Source: Paraspadella gotoi (taxonomy: Eukaryota; Animalia; Chaetognatha). Taken from it: DNA of 64,000 nucleotides. Below the pieces are notes generated by a model. The model had not been told where the DNA came from, did not search any database, and saw only the letters and a program-made list of their open reading frames with translations. The stretch spans positions 19,789,741-19,853,740 of the forward strand of contig CM119270.1 in the NCBI GenBank assembly GCA_051294375.1. Direction: 5' to 3'. Both the position numbers and the translations under genes were made by a program. Of this stretch, positions 23,121 to 37,200 are shown piece after piece. Within the stretch, counting starts at the first letter, position 1. Every line of letters starts with the position of its first letter.

Positions 23121-23797
23121 ACTGTCTTATCATCGATGAGTTTTAATCAACAACAAACGTTAGCGAGTTTATTTTAAAAATCCGGTTTTTCAACGCTGAA
23201 ACATTTCATTACAATGATAATTCTTTGTACATTTAATGGCGCATTAGGGGCTAGAATTCTGGCCGTTGGGGGAAAAGAACATGAATTTGTGCGTAGCTCA
23301 GCAAAATATCGAGTGTGAATTCGCAAAGAGAAAAATCAACTTGCGTTATTCTGCCATTTGTTTATTATTCACACCATCGACGAAAGGGGTCTGTACAAGC
23401 GGGGATACGAGTTTTTTCAAACGGAAACAAAAGACAAGCGAATTTATTGAGAAAAAAGAATTAGAGCTAAAATGCCAAGGAACGTCATGAAAACACAAAA
23501 CCCGAGATCAGAAATGATTTCTATTATCTTTATTCCGATAATTCAACCCCCAATAATTAAAAGTGAAAAAGTTAATTGACCATGTTGAGAAATACAAATT
23601 ATCTGGCCTCCCGACGCCAAATTGTCTTTCTTAAAATGAGGGATTTCTTGCTTGGACCGGTATCAGTTAATGGGGTCTCCAATGCCCTCGAAGGCCTCCA
23701 AGCCTCCCTTTTAGAATGGCCTCTAAGACCCTTTATGGCCTCTTAATGCCCCCTACCTCCCAGCCCCCCTCAATTCCCAGCTCCATCCCCAACCCCT

Positions 23798-25734
23798 CTA
23801 CAAATCCGTTTGCGCCAATTGTCTTCGCGGCGACGCCGGGACGCCGCTTTTTCCCGCGGCGTCTTTCAGTTCCCCGGCGCCGTTTTGATGGGGGCGTTGC
23901 GGAGAGACGCGAGCGACCGGTGGCGCCGCTTTTTTGGCGTCCCAAGATGGCGCCGCTCGAGTCGTGATCACGATGGGTTTCTTCTTTTTCGACGAAGCGT
24001 TGGAGGAAGTTGACGGAGGAGTTGGGGAGGAAGGGGAAGAGGCGCCGAGAACGATCGGCGAAGACGGCGACGTCGGCGTTGTTGGAGTCTTTATTGTCGG
24101 CGTTGTTGGAGTCTTTATTGTCGGCGTTGTCGGCGTTGTCGGCGTCTTCCCGGAAGAGTTCGTCGACGGTTTCGACGGCTTCAACACGATCGGCGTCTTC
24201 GAAGGTTTGGAGGTCGATTTAGGTGATGGCTTGAGCACGATAGGGGCGGAGGCTGCGGCGGGGGCGGCACCAGGGGCGTGGGCGGACTTGTCGGGTTGGC
24301 GGGAAGATTTGGAGGAAGAGGGTTTGAGCAGGATCGGGCTCGCCGAGGGATCCTTGTCGGGCTTGGGAGTCGGCTTAAAAGCCGGGACGGGCAGAGGGGA
24401 TTCCTCAGAGGAGGGGACGGGCAGAGGTGGCTCCTGAGAGTCCTTGAGAAGTGGAGGGGCTGCCTTGGAGATCGGGCTGGGATGAGGAGACGCCTTGACG
24501 ACCGGTTTGAGGACGATGGGTTTGGCTTTCGGTTGTTGAGACGTTTTGGCGGGAAGTTTGGAAGGGGGCGTGGCGACGATGTCCGCTGGCCGAGTCGTCG
24601 TCGTCGGCGTCTTTATTTTGACCGGCGGCGTCGACGCGGCTTTGGGCTTCGTCGGCATCGGCGCCGTCGATGGCGGCGGCGGCGTCGGCTCCTGCTGCTG
24701 CTGCGGCGTTTGAGTTTCTGCTTTAGGCTGCTGCAGCGTCGGCAGCTTCTTCTCCGGCCGCGGCTGCCGCAGCACGATGGCTAAAGGAATCGGGTCTTGG
24801 GCGACTCCTCTTCCTCCTCGCTGCTGGAGCTGAGGTCCAACTCCTCCTAAGGGAAAATCATCGTCAAGATTTTGAGACGAATCAAAGATTAAACTGTTGT
24901 CGTAAACATTGTCGTCGTCGTCGTCGTCGACAGGGTCGTAGTAGGAGGGTCCGTTCGACGCCGGTACAAACGACGACGCCGGGGCGGCGCCAATGACGCC
25001 GGGATCAACGAGCGGCGCCGCTTTCGCTGGGCGGAAGTCGTCGGCGACGAGGAAGGAAGGATTGTCTCTTCCGTCGTCGTAAGGAGGAAGAACTCGGATC
25101 GAGGGCGGATTGGCGTATCTCGGCGGCGACTCCCCCGCCGGGGCGTATCTCGGCGGCGCCGTATCCGTTTCTGGTCGACGAAACGGCGTCTCGGTCAACA
25201 TCGCTTCGTCGTCGTCGTCGTCGTCGTCGTAGAAGGAATCGTCGTCGTCGTCGACTTCGGCGACGGCGTAAATGTTGTCGTCGTCGTTCGTCTCGTTCCG
25301 GCGCGAATCGTCCGGCGCCGCATGCGCCGTCGGCACCACGACGATCGGCGGCGGCACCACGGTCGCCGGAAAAGACGTCGGCCGATCGCCTATCAACGCC
25401 CGAGTGCTCAGCGGCTGCTTCCGGTTGATCCCGGCGTAGTTGGCGCCGCCGCCGCCGCCGCCGCCGACGCTGCCCTCGTAGACCGAGGACGACGCCCGCG
25501 ACGTCAGCGTCGAAACGGAATCTCCTCGACCCAGCGGCGGCGGCGGCGCTGCAGAGGACGCCGCCGACGCGGCCGAGACGGAACCGTCGTAGCCTCGATT
25601 CCGGAAACTGACCATCGCTCTGTTGTCGACGATTACATCCGGGACTCCGGTGAGATCGTAGGAGCCGAAGGTCGTCTTGGAAGCGGCGAGGGAGCGACTC
25701 ATGTCGAGCTTGAGTTGATCCCGGGATGCGGCGG
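23798..25734 (-). CDS. bark: Terminal exon of the bark-like gene: acidic then Pro/Ser/Thr/Lys-rich cytoplasmic tail ending QTDL
   Basis: The 634-aa ORF extends in frame to a CAG acceptor at 25735-25737 whose phase matches the 26063-26138 exon. Confidence 0.8.
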
Positions 25735-25755
25735 CTGAGGAGGGGAATGAGGGGG

Positions 25756-25823
<68 letters not shown>

Positions 25824-25966
25824 TTTTATTTATCTATTCATTAAGTGTTTGGTTCAATGTATGAATATTGGTTTTTGGCTACATTGTGGATTGTTGGATT
25901 TATTGTAATAAGGTAAAATATTTACTATTAGGATTGCATTGGATTCATTAATTTTAAAAGGATTTC

Positions 25967-26063
<97 letters not shown>

Positions 26064-27667
26064 TGATGATCTCGCCAATCGAGCCGAATGACGGATCGAA
26101 TTTCGTCTCTCGAAAAATTCTCTTTTTCTTTTTCGCGCCTGAAAACAGAAAAAAAGAAACAGGAAACTTAACAAAGTTTTATTTAATACAAAATATAAAA
26201 TAAAAACAAAACAAAAAATTAATTCAACCGAGAAAATGTAATGAAAAATTAGTTAATAAAGAAACTTACCTTTTCTCACTTCAACACACGTAATCAGACC
26301 CAATTAATCAGACCTTTCCTCTTCTCCTTACCATTTTCGTCTCCACTCTCCGGACAGTCCTCATCCCTACCATGTCTTTCTTCCTTCCATGTTTGTCCCC
26401 TTGTCCTCTTCCCTCTCCAGGCATTCCACATCCTTACCATGTCCCTCTTCCTTCCATGTTTGTCCCCTTGTCCTCTTCCCTCTCCAGGCATTCCACATCC
26501 TTACCATGTCTCCCATTTTATCTACCCTGCCCCAGTTCCTTTTGTCCTTCGCATGCGTGGCTTTCGATATATCGTGACCCAATTGGTCCGTCGCAAAGCG
26601 TAGCATGTCGTATCGTCTGTCGTCGTCGTCGTCGTCGTCGTCGTCGTCTTCCGTTGATGCCTTCATTGCGTAACGTCTTACCAGGGACGTTGAGGAAAAG
26701 ACAACTCTTCCAATTTCCTTTTCCCACTTGGCACGACTTTGTTGTTTAGGCTAATATGTTTTTAATGCTGATGGGATCACCAGGCTTAAATAGTAAAATG
26801 TAACATTACGATTTTTAATTTAAATTAACAAATGAGAGTTCTTTTTACATTCTCCTTCGTCGAAAGTCATACGAACGATTAGTTATGCAAGGTGAAACTG
26901 TGAAGCTATTTCCATACTTTTAAGCAACGGCGTTTTCTTTTAAACAGCGGTGTTTTTTTTTCTTTGCCTTTCATTTTTTTTAATAATAACAAAAACTATA
27001 TTAACCTAACCGAATACAAAAAACAGTAACGGGACTAATAAAAGCGTAAAACGATTGCAAAAAGGTGACAAATTAAACAGCAAACTGATGACAACAGCTT
27101 TGGAGAAATTTTGCAGTTACTCCTTTGATTTATAAATAAAGCCTCAATCATTATTTAACCAAAAACAATAAAAACAAAAAAAAGCATAAGCCTAAAATGA
27201 TACAAGAAAAAAACTGCCCACTTTCGTATAAATATGTTTGCTAATTTCAACGTTTAAACAATTGGTCAATTATTATTAATTATTTGATAAACTAAACCTT
27301 ATCACGTTGAGTTATGACATTCACATTACAACCATACTCACTGCAATATGCAAATGAGATTAAAGTATACGGACATTTCGATGGCTCTTATGTATTAAAA
27401 TTTAGGTTCGTGGACTAAAATTTATTTGTCTCTCTTTATTTCTTTTACTCTCTCCCTCTCTTTATATCTCCCTCATTTCCTAAGTTTCTTTCCTTCTTTC
27501 AACACACTTAACTTGTTCCTTTTTCTCTCTCCCCTTCCCTACTTCCTTTCCTTTCTTTCTCTCTAACTTTCTCCCTTACCCTCTCGTACTCTTTATCATT
27601 CAACATGTCGCACCCAAGAATTTCGTGTTTCGGTGCAACGAGGAATTCCCTCTGAAAAAAATGGGAG

Positions 27668-27746
<79 letters not shown>

Positions 27747-30137
27747 TTGGCTTCCCTTGACGACGGAACAAGAACCAAATAGAAAGACCTGGATTCCACC
27801 GGATGATGGCTAAGAAATTTCTCCAGCGTCGATGAAAAACTAATTTCGTTGCAACAAAATCGATTGAATTTAAACGAACTTTTTTTTTTATAAATTAAAT
27901 GAAACGACTGAAAGAAACATCGTCATCAAATATTTTTTAGCTAATGATAATTAAGCAGATTTAGCCACAGATGATTTAGTTCTGCCCAACCAGTGCCTAT
28001 GAAAAACTTCAACTGATTAAACTAGAATATATAAACAAATTAAAGTCACCCGATTGCCTTAGAAAATACAAAACTTTGCTCGCCTCCTAGAACCTTTTAC
28101 AATTGCTGACAGCAACATTTTGCTCACGACGTTATCACTGAAAATGAAAAGCATTTTTTTACGAGTTATTCTGCCGCAAACTTTCCAGCAGCATTTCCAA
28201 TTTGCCGCAACGATTTTTTTTCCGCAACTTTTATTTTTCGTCTCATGAGTAAACTCTCTCGTCTTTAAAAGAAACTTGACCGCATCCCAGTTCTTTTCAC
28301 CCGAGCGTCTCTACCCTCACCCCACCTCCCTCACTTACCTCCCCTCACCCCACCTCCCTCACCTTACCTCCACCCCCACCCCCCTATTTCCTCATGGGCA
28401 ACAACCCTTCTTCCGACGAGAGATAGACCTCGAGGACGAAGCTCCTCCGCCGGACGAAGATGTCGAGAAGACTGACCGACCGTCTCGGGCGGCGTCGGCG
28501 GCGTCGGCCAGATCCGGCGCCTCTCATTTCTCGAGACGAGCGAGTCAAGCTTCGAGAGCGGCGTCGGTAAACTCGGCCGTGGCGGGCAGTCAGCCGACGG
28601 AGGTGAAAATGGGACCGAGTAGCTTTATATTTAGAATGATTTTTTATCATGTTAAAAGTCAGTTTCTTGTATTTTGATACGAGTGCGCGGTAAAATATAG
28701 TATTTCCTGAAAAATGTCCCTAAACCCAATTGAAATAGTAATAAAATTAGTTGATAGGAATCCAGGTACTGTGGGAGTTTGGGAGTAAATAAGCTTGATT
28801 GTGAGAGTGTCTCGAAAGAAAGCCGGCAGGATACACTGTAGACTGGATACAGCTAATGCTATGTTATTATCTTTTAAAAAGGATGAAGGCCATAACCCAC
28901 AGTCAGTCAGGAGATAAGATACATTATTTATTGGATGATTTTTCACCGAATCACATTTCACCTCCTATTCCAACTTCACAACTCGCTAGGTGATCAACGT
29001 GACGCGAACGGGATTCAGCGTCACTTCACTCGAGCTCGCCATCGGTCAGTCAGTTCAGTTCACGTGGAGCGAATCACAGGGCAATGGCTACAATGTTAAG
29101 CAGGTGACAATTTTGAGAGAGACCGGTGGTAAGTCGCCTCAAAGTTTAAGTTATTTTATTCTGCTTTTAATTTATTTCAATACATTTAAAGTAAATTGAA
29201 TTTATTTAAATATAAATTCAATTTTATTTTAAATTTAACTTGTTATTTATGACTATTATTATTATTAATTATGATAATTATTAGTAAGCCAGAATTTTTG
29301 ATCAAGGTGGTCCACGACGGGGACCAGCTCCGCGTCGTGCCGGGAGGGTTCGGCTCGGGCGCCTTAGCCAAGACCGGATCCTACAAGCAGCAGTTCAACT
29401 CCACCGGGGAGTTTAAGTTCGCCGTGGGAGGATTGAGGTGCGCTCCTCTGACGGTCGCCGTCTTCAACAAGGAGGATCTCGAAGTGTCGCTCAATGACGA
29501 AGGATTCGTGCCGAAGATCATGCATATTGATCAAGGGACGACGCTGGCTTGGGTTTGGGAGAATTGTCAGGTTAGAGGGAGAGAGAGAGGGAGAGAGGGG
29601 GAGAGCATGTGACGAGGAAAGGGTGTTCAAGATGATGATGACGATGATGATGCTGATGATAAAAACGAGGACAGTCATTTGATGATGATGAACGAGACGA
29701 TGATAACGCTGATCTTCATCAGCGATCCTTTTTTTCCCCCTTTTTCACCAAAAAGGTCCCCCACTGGATGTACGAGATGCGGTATTGTCCTCAGCACGGC
29801 GGATTCACTCAGATGCCTCTCCCGCCCGACACCCATCAAGTCAAGGACGGGGAATACGAGAAGAAGTTCCTCTTCCCCGGCCTCTTCTATTTTCAGACCG
29901 AAGGACTCGAGATGGGGACTCGTCACAGTTGCTTCGTTCACGTGAGACCCATAGAGAAGGAGCACAAGATCAAAATCACGGACAAATCGTTCGAGCCGAT
30001 TATGTTGGTCGTCAATCAGGGGGAACGGGTCTGGTTCAAGTGGGACCAGGAGAATTGCAACAACGATCATTGCATCTATCAGGTGGGGAGGGGTTTTGGG
30101 GGGGGGGCGGGGGGTGAATTGGAGATTTGATGAAATT

Positions 30138-30174
<37 letters not shown>

Positions 30175-31207
30175 TATGTTATGTATGTAGAGAGAGAAAG
30201 AGAGAGAGAGAAGAAAGTTTTTTCTTTCTTTTTTTTCTTTAATCAAAATTTTAGCATTGTTTATATTTTTTTAACATTTTTTTAGTCCAAGGGAACGCTT
30301 TTGTAACTTTCTAATGACACATTTTCAAATGACAACTTTCTATTCTTCAACTTTCAAATGACACATTTTATTCAATTCAAAATTAATTCAATAATTAAGC
30401 TAACTTTTATTCCTCACTCCACAACCCAGGTTGATCCACCACCACAAGACCACGACATGAACGATCCTTTCAAACCGACGGAAAAAGGATTCAAGTGGCC
30501 AACACCGACCAAAGTCGGCGTCCTCACCCACGTCTTTACCGAACCGGGCGTCTTCTATTATTCAGACGCCAACTACGAGGGCGTGGCCGACTACATGGGC
30601 GTCATCATCGTCAAGCCGAGTCCGCAGGACCACTACATCGAGGTCGGCGAGGAAGGGTTCGAACCCGGAATCATCTCTGCCAAGGCCGGCGACCGAATCT
30701 GGTGGACTTGGGACCCTGAAGACATCGAATTCGAGACGCTCTCTATCGTCGAATCGGAACGATGTCTCACTTCCGCCGGCGCAGTCAAGTTTGATCGACT
30801 CTGCGAGAACAAGTGCGAGCCAATCGACGAAGCTGGACTGTATGTGGGGACCATTCTTGGCATCAGTATGGTGCATGCGTGGAGTCCCGGCGCGTACGAG
30901 TTTCGGGTGGACACGGCCGAAGAGGATTTTGGATCGAGTTCGGTCATTGTGTCCACGTCTGCCAAGTCTTACTTTGTCAAGGTGGACGACGACGAATACT
31001 CGCCGGAGGTTCTAACCATCACAGTCGGGGACATGGTCTACTGGATTTGGGAAAAGAGTTCCGATGGACACAACATTCAGCAAGTTACTCATCAAGGGGA
31101 GCCGATCAAGGAAGGGTTTTGTAGGTAAATTATTATGTATATTTAGAATAAATATATGAGTGAATTTTAATATTAATGCGTACTATGTAGAATATTTCTC
31201 TCTTTTT

Positions 31208-31254
<47 letters not shown>

Positions 31255-34200
31255 CTCTTTCTTTCTTTCTTTCTTCTTTTCCTTCTTTCTTTCTTCTTCT
31301 CTCTCTCACTCTATCTCTATTTCTCTCTCTATCTCGCTCTTCCCCCCACTCCAGCGGGTCACTGGTCGACGCCCCCGCCGGCTTCATGCATGTCTTCGAT
31401 TCACCCGGCGTCTATCACTACGTGAGTGAATCTATGCCACAAGTGTCAGGATCTGTCATCGTCTCTTCTGCTCCTCACGTTCACCGCGTTCTCGTCGGTG
31501 ACACCAAGATCAGTCCCGACCCTGCCATTGTCAAAGAAGGTGACGTAATTTTGATTTAGTATTTTTAATTGAAATTAATTAATTCAATGCCGCTTTTTTG
31601 TTTAATTTTTTTGTTGAAATTTTTTAAATTTAAATTAAATTTTTAAACAAATTATTTAAATAAAACTTCAATTTAATTTATACTGAATTTAAATCTACTT
31701 CTATCTCTTACTTTTATTTTCATTTTCGTTTTTTTTTAAATCTTTATTCTAATATTTTATTATCAAATGATAATTGTTATCATTTCTCTTCTACCATTCA
31801 TCCCATCTCCAACAGGCGACGTCGTGGCCTGGGCCTACCCGCGACTCAAGTGCTACGACGTTTGCGAGATCGAAGACGTCACCGACTTGCTGGAGAAGGA
31901 CAAACTCTCCGTCCGCACGACGCCGCGGCGTCATCACGCCATGACGATGGAATCGGTCGGCGTCGTCCACGTGTCCAGCGTCTCCTTCACCAAGGACGGC
32001 ACCGCCCACTCGGGGGAGACGCCCAAAGTCTCGTCCGTGGTCGTCGACGACGTCAGAGACTCTGTCAAGGTCTACGTGGACGTGAGCGGATTCAAGCCGG
32101 AGAAGATCAACGTCCTCAAAGGACAGAGCGTGCTGTGGTCGTGGAGCGGAGACGAAGCCCACAACATCATCAAAGTCAACAACCCGTCGGGGCCCAACCC
32201 GCTCAGCGCCGTGCAGGGCAAGAAGTCCTTCAACAGCGGGAAGTGCATTCCCGATGGAAACTTTTTGCACACGTTCGATGAGTTGGGGACGTTTTGCGTG
32301 GCTTCGCAGGTGAAGAGGGAAAAAGAAAGAGAGAAAGAAAGAAAGAAAGAGAGAAAGAAAGAAAGAAAGAAAGAAACCCAAGAAAAAAATTGTTACAATA
32401 TAAAATGATTACCTAAATAATATTCATTAATTGATCATTAATTATCAATATTATTACCATTATCGATATTAATAATACATTTATTATTAAAATTAAATGA
32501 AAATTTGTGTATTTTTGACAGACCACAAATTTGTTTTTTTTTCAGAGAAGAAACACGAAAAAGAACAAAGTTATCATTCTTGTTATTATAAATATTATTC
32601 TTTTTTCAATATTATTTGTAATATTCTTATTAATACTACCATTATTATTATCCTTAGGGTGCCCCTGGATTTGCTGGAATGGTGTACGTCATGAGCGAGA
32701 GTGAACTGGCGTGCAAGCCCAAAATTATGGAAGAGGATTTGCTCGAAGACCATATGGATCAGAATACAGTGCTTCACCTTCAGACAGATAGTCCCGGCGC
32801 CAAGATCTACTACACGTTGCGCGGTGCTCTGCCTGAACCAGAAACTCGAAAGACGCGCCTCTACCGGCCAAGCAAAGGAGTGATAATGCGGTACCCAGGC
32901 TGGTGGTTTATTAGGGCATTGGCCGTCGCCCCTGGACTTATGTATTCCCAGGTATTTACGTCAAGTAGAGTCTGGGTGACGGCGGGAGGCGACGATGCCA
33001 AATCTGATTCCTCGGGAGATGTGGAGTTTGAAGATGATCCAATCCTGGATGATCAAGAAAAGATGGCCGAAGCTGAAGCCGCCTTGAAGGAGAAAGATGA
33101 AAATCCAGAGGCAAAACTGTGGGGCAAATGCAGTCCCGTACTGAAGCATTGTTTTTTGGGACCAGGAATTTTAGAAGTTTATTGGGACGAGTTGTCAAAA
33201 GAGAAGGCGGATTTGATCAAGAGTATTCAACTGTTGTTGAATGACATTTCTTACAGCAAAGAATTTTCTTCAAAGGACAATACATTTAACATTTCCGGTC
33301 TTGCAGGTGGGCATCACTATGAGTTGAAGCTGAGCTTGACATCGACAAATGCGATGTTTCTTCCACAAGAGTCGAAAATTATAGAGATCGATGTGGATCC
33401 ACTAAGTGAAGATGGTGGACCGTTGATTTCATTGGAAGTTACAGAAACTGAAGATTCTATGGCAATTGTGTGGACTGCAATACCTTCTGATGACCAAGAA
33501 ATTGATGGCTACAACGTCTTTCTCAAAGGTCAACAAGTTGGAAATACTGTTCGACCAGATGGTGACAGCAACAGATGTCGAGTAGTGATTGAAGGTTGCG
33601 AACTTGGGGAGCCTTACTCCATAACTGTGGAAGCATTACCCTCAGACGGTTCTGAGGGATTGCTCTCAAATGAACTTGAGGTTATTCTGCCACTTGAAAC
33701 AGAAAGCATAACTCTTCCAGCGGAGGAATTAAGGGTTGATGATGAAACACTATATTCAGAATACATTGTCGTTGCCAAAGGAACTGGTGAATTGGGAAAA
33801 GATGATGAAGGATCGATGGTTGAAGAAAAATCTACAAAAAAGACCATTACAAAAATACAAAAAACAGAAAAGGTTTCTCCACAAGAAATAAATAAAAAAC
33901 CGCTAATGAAACGAGAGAGCAGTGAAAAATCTACACCTTCCTTTGCCAAAAGCCCAACAAAGGTGGGAACAAGCAACAAAGTTGCCCTGACACAAAATCT
34001 TGCTTCTTCTAAAGAGACTAGGTTGAATGATGCCAGGACAGACCCAACACTAGTTGATGAAACTGATCCAAATACTCAGCTAAAAGCTAATAATTTTCAA
34101 AACAATAATGTAAATGAACCTCAAATGTATCCACAATGGCAACAACAGCAACAAATGCCAGGTCCACCCTGGCAAACTCAGCAACAAATTCAGGGACCAC

Positions 34201-37200
34201 AATGGCAGCAACCAAATTTTCAAGGTCCCCCGGAAATGTCACCTTATCAACAAGCATTTTATCAGAATGAGTATTTCAGACCATATGGCTATCACCAAGG
34301 AATGCCTCTTCAAGCAGGGCCTATGGGTTTTGGCTGGCCACCTCCCTTTCCCCCTGACCCTTATGATAGACGCCAAATTTCAGAACGTTATCCTTATCAA
34401 GAAAATAACTTAGGAGGACAACAATCTTTTGCAAAAGATGAACATGAACAAAGAAGATTGAGTGACAATGAAAAAAGAGGTCAAGATTCAAAAAATCATG
34501 AGCAATATCATATTTATGATAAAGAAAAACATGATCGAAAAATAATTAACAGAAGAGACTTGAGTAAAAAAATGTCTTCCCAAGAAATTTATGCTTTAAA
34601 AAGTAGTGAAAAGCAAGAGAATAATTTTAATTCATTTGGTTTACAGGATCTTAAAACATCGAAAAATAAAAAACAGTTTGCTCATCAAATGGAAGTGGTT
34701 GGTTTAAAAACTAGAAAGGCTGACACTACAAGATTACAATTTACTGATGACAATAAAGCAATTTTGGAAATGGACCAAATTGATGACAGTGAAGATGATA
34801 TGAACAAATATAAATTTAATTCTTCAGGATACGAATCTGACAAATCAATGGCCAGAATAAAAGAATCTAAAAGAGGATTGCCACCCCCTAAAGTGAAAGT
34901 CTTTCAGTCAAACATGTCTTCTGTTCAAATAAAATGGCATTTTGAATATGCCCTTGATAATTTATATGAACGTAATATTGCAGTAGTAAACTGCATTGGT
35001 ACAAAATATGAAGGAGCAGTAAACAGTGACCTAAGTTTTGAGAATTTTATGGAGTCTGAAACGGGGAAACTTTTGCCTGCTGTACAACATTGCTGGAATG
35101 TTCCTCCAGAGAAATGTTCAATTGAAATATCAGGATTACTTCCAGGAGGAACTTACAGATTCACTATAATATCTAAATACACTACAAAAACTAAAAAACA
35201 AAAATCAGATGTAGATATTTCATCAGAAGCAATCACCTATACAACACTTGGTCCACCTGGAGCACCTTTTGTAAAAGTAACCTCAATTGATGTACATCAG
35301 GTTGTTTTAGAATGGGAACCTGGTCCATGTCATGATGATGTTCAAGTTACTGGTTATGCTATCTTGTTAGATGGGCAAGCGTTAGCCAGGAAATTTAATA
35401 AAAAGCAAACAGAAACTACTTTGAGAGATTTACAGCCGGGTGTGACACATAAAGTTCATATCATTGCTACTACCAACCATGAAGTTGGAAACTCACCAGC
35501 TTCAAATGCATTAATTATTACTTGTCCCGCGCAGCCACCATCTGTGGTAATATCAGAGGTTCATTGTAATAAAGCAGGATCAGCTAAAATAGCTTGGAAT
35601 CAGCCATTAAATCATCCTCAACCAATAACTTATTATACAATTCTTTTAGATGGCTCATGGCAGGGAGAAATAAAATCACAACCTGGTGTTTTACAAAGGG
35701 AATATGAGTACATTCTTGATTGTCTTGTTCCAGGACAATATTATGACGTTGCGGTCACAACTCATTGTGGAGAATCCAAGATTGATCCAGAGGCTGATCA
35801 CATTTACTGTTTGGCGATTAGCAACTATTCTAACATAATCCCACTTGCGTGTCCGGCACCACCAATTTCTCCGAAGCTTTCCCTTGAAAACATACATGAA
35901 AAAGGAATTGACATAACATGGACAATACCACAACAGTATGGATCAGCATATCTATCGGGCTTTCAAATTTTAAAAAACAGCCAACCATATGGAGCCAAAC
36001 TCGGACCAGATTCAAATTTTACCACTATAGGTGACCTTAGATTAGGTGAACAAATCAAGCTACAAATAATTGCTCTTACAGATCACTCATGTGGAGATGG
36101 CGAAAAACTTAATGAAGAAGTACAAAAACATTTATTGCTGTTAGCAAATGAGTTTGAAGAAGACTCAGGAATTGAAAGCTCCATTAAAAATGATGAAATA
36201 AAATTTAAGCAAGTTAAACAAGAAAATGAGCCAGTCTATATCTTAGAGCATTATTCAAACTGTTGGCCAGGTCCAATGTTGGTAGTAGAATATTCTGGTA
36301 TAGTGTTAGCTCCTATAGATGTTCATCTTGAAGGAGTTACTGGTCATTCTTCATTAATATCGTGGCAAGTATCAAAACAGAAAAGAAATTATCACAATTA
36401 CCCAGACTCATTTCAGATAGTATGGTGGAAAGGAAAAGTTCCTGAAAGAGGGAATATTTTTAGTGAAACTAGTATCGATATGAATTTTGATATTCCTAAT
36501 TTAGAGCCTGGATGTCAATATTCAGTTTTGGTTTCTGGCAAAAAAATAATTAAATATGGCAGAGTTGACCCTAAATGTGAGACAGATTCTCGAGCATCTA
36601 CTTTGGTATTAAGTTCAAGGATTGAGAAGCTAATAATCACAGCTGCGCAACCGCCTGAAGCTCCTTCAAATTTAGGACTAGTTTCTTCAACTTGTACAAG
36701 TCTAAAAGTTGCCTGGGATAGTCCTGTTGAACATGGATCAGAAATTTTGGGACTAAGATTAGATGCTGTGGCAATAAATTCAAAGAAGCATCAGCATATA
36801 AGATTAGAATTACTTCCAGATGCAACATGCACCGTGGTAGATGGGTTGGCAGAAAAAACAGAGTATGCTATAACAATAACAGCAATAACAGATGAGTACC
36901 TGGACCAAGACCAAAGAGGTGAAAATCCTTTCAATACTGATAATCTCCCAGAAGAAAATGTTTGGCTTCCAAACACTAGTATGATAGCTCAAACCTCAGG
37001 AACTAATCCTGCAACCAATATTAAATGCTCTAAATCATCAGAAATTAGTTTAACAATTACTTGGGATTCCCCAGTGGTATATGGATCTAATCAACTACAT
37101 GAAGTTGTCATTCGTTGGGCAGAGGCAAGAAATAGAAAAGGGGGAAGCTACACAGATCCACATGAAATGTCAACATATTGTGACCACCAAAGAGTTGCTC

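Noticed and set aside
23798-25702. Stand-alone 634-aa single-exon gene
   Set aside because: The frame continues to an acceptor and joins the upstream ERRNSIR exon in phase.
23810-25738. Plus-strand ORFs opposite the bark tail, and similar antisense ORFs over other GC-rich exons
   Set aside because: Shadow ORFs of GC-rich coding sequence.
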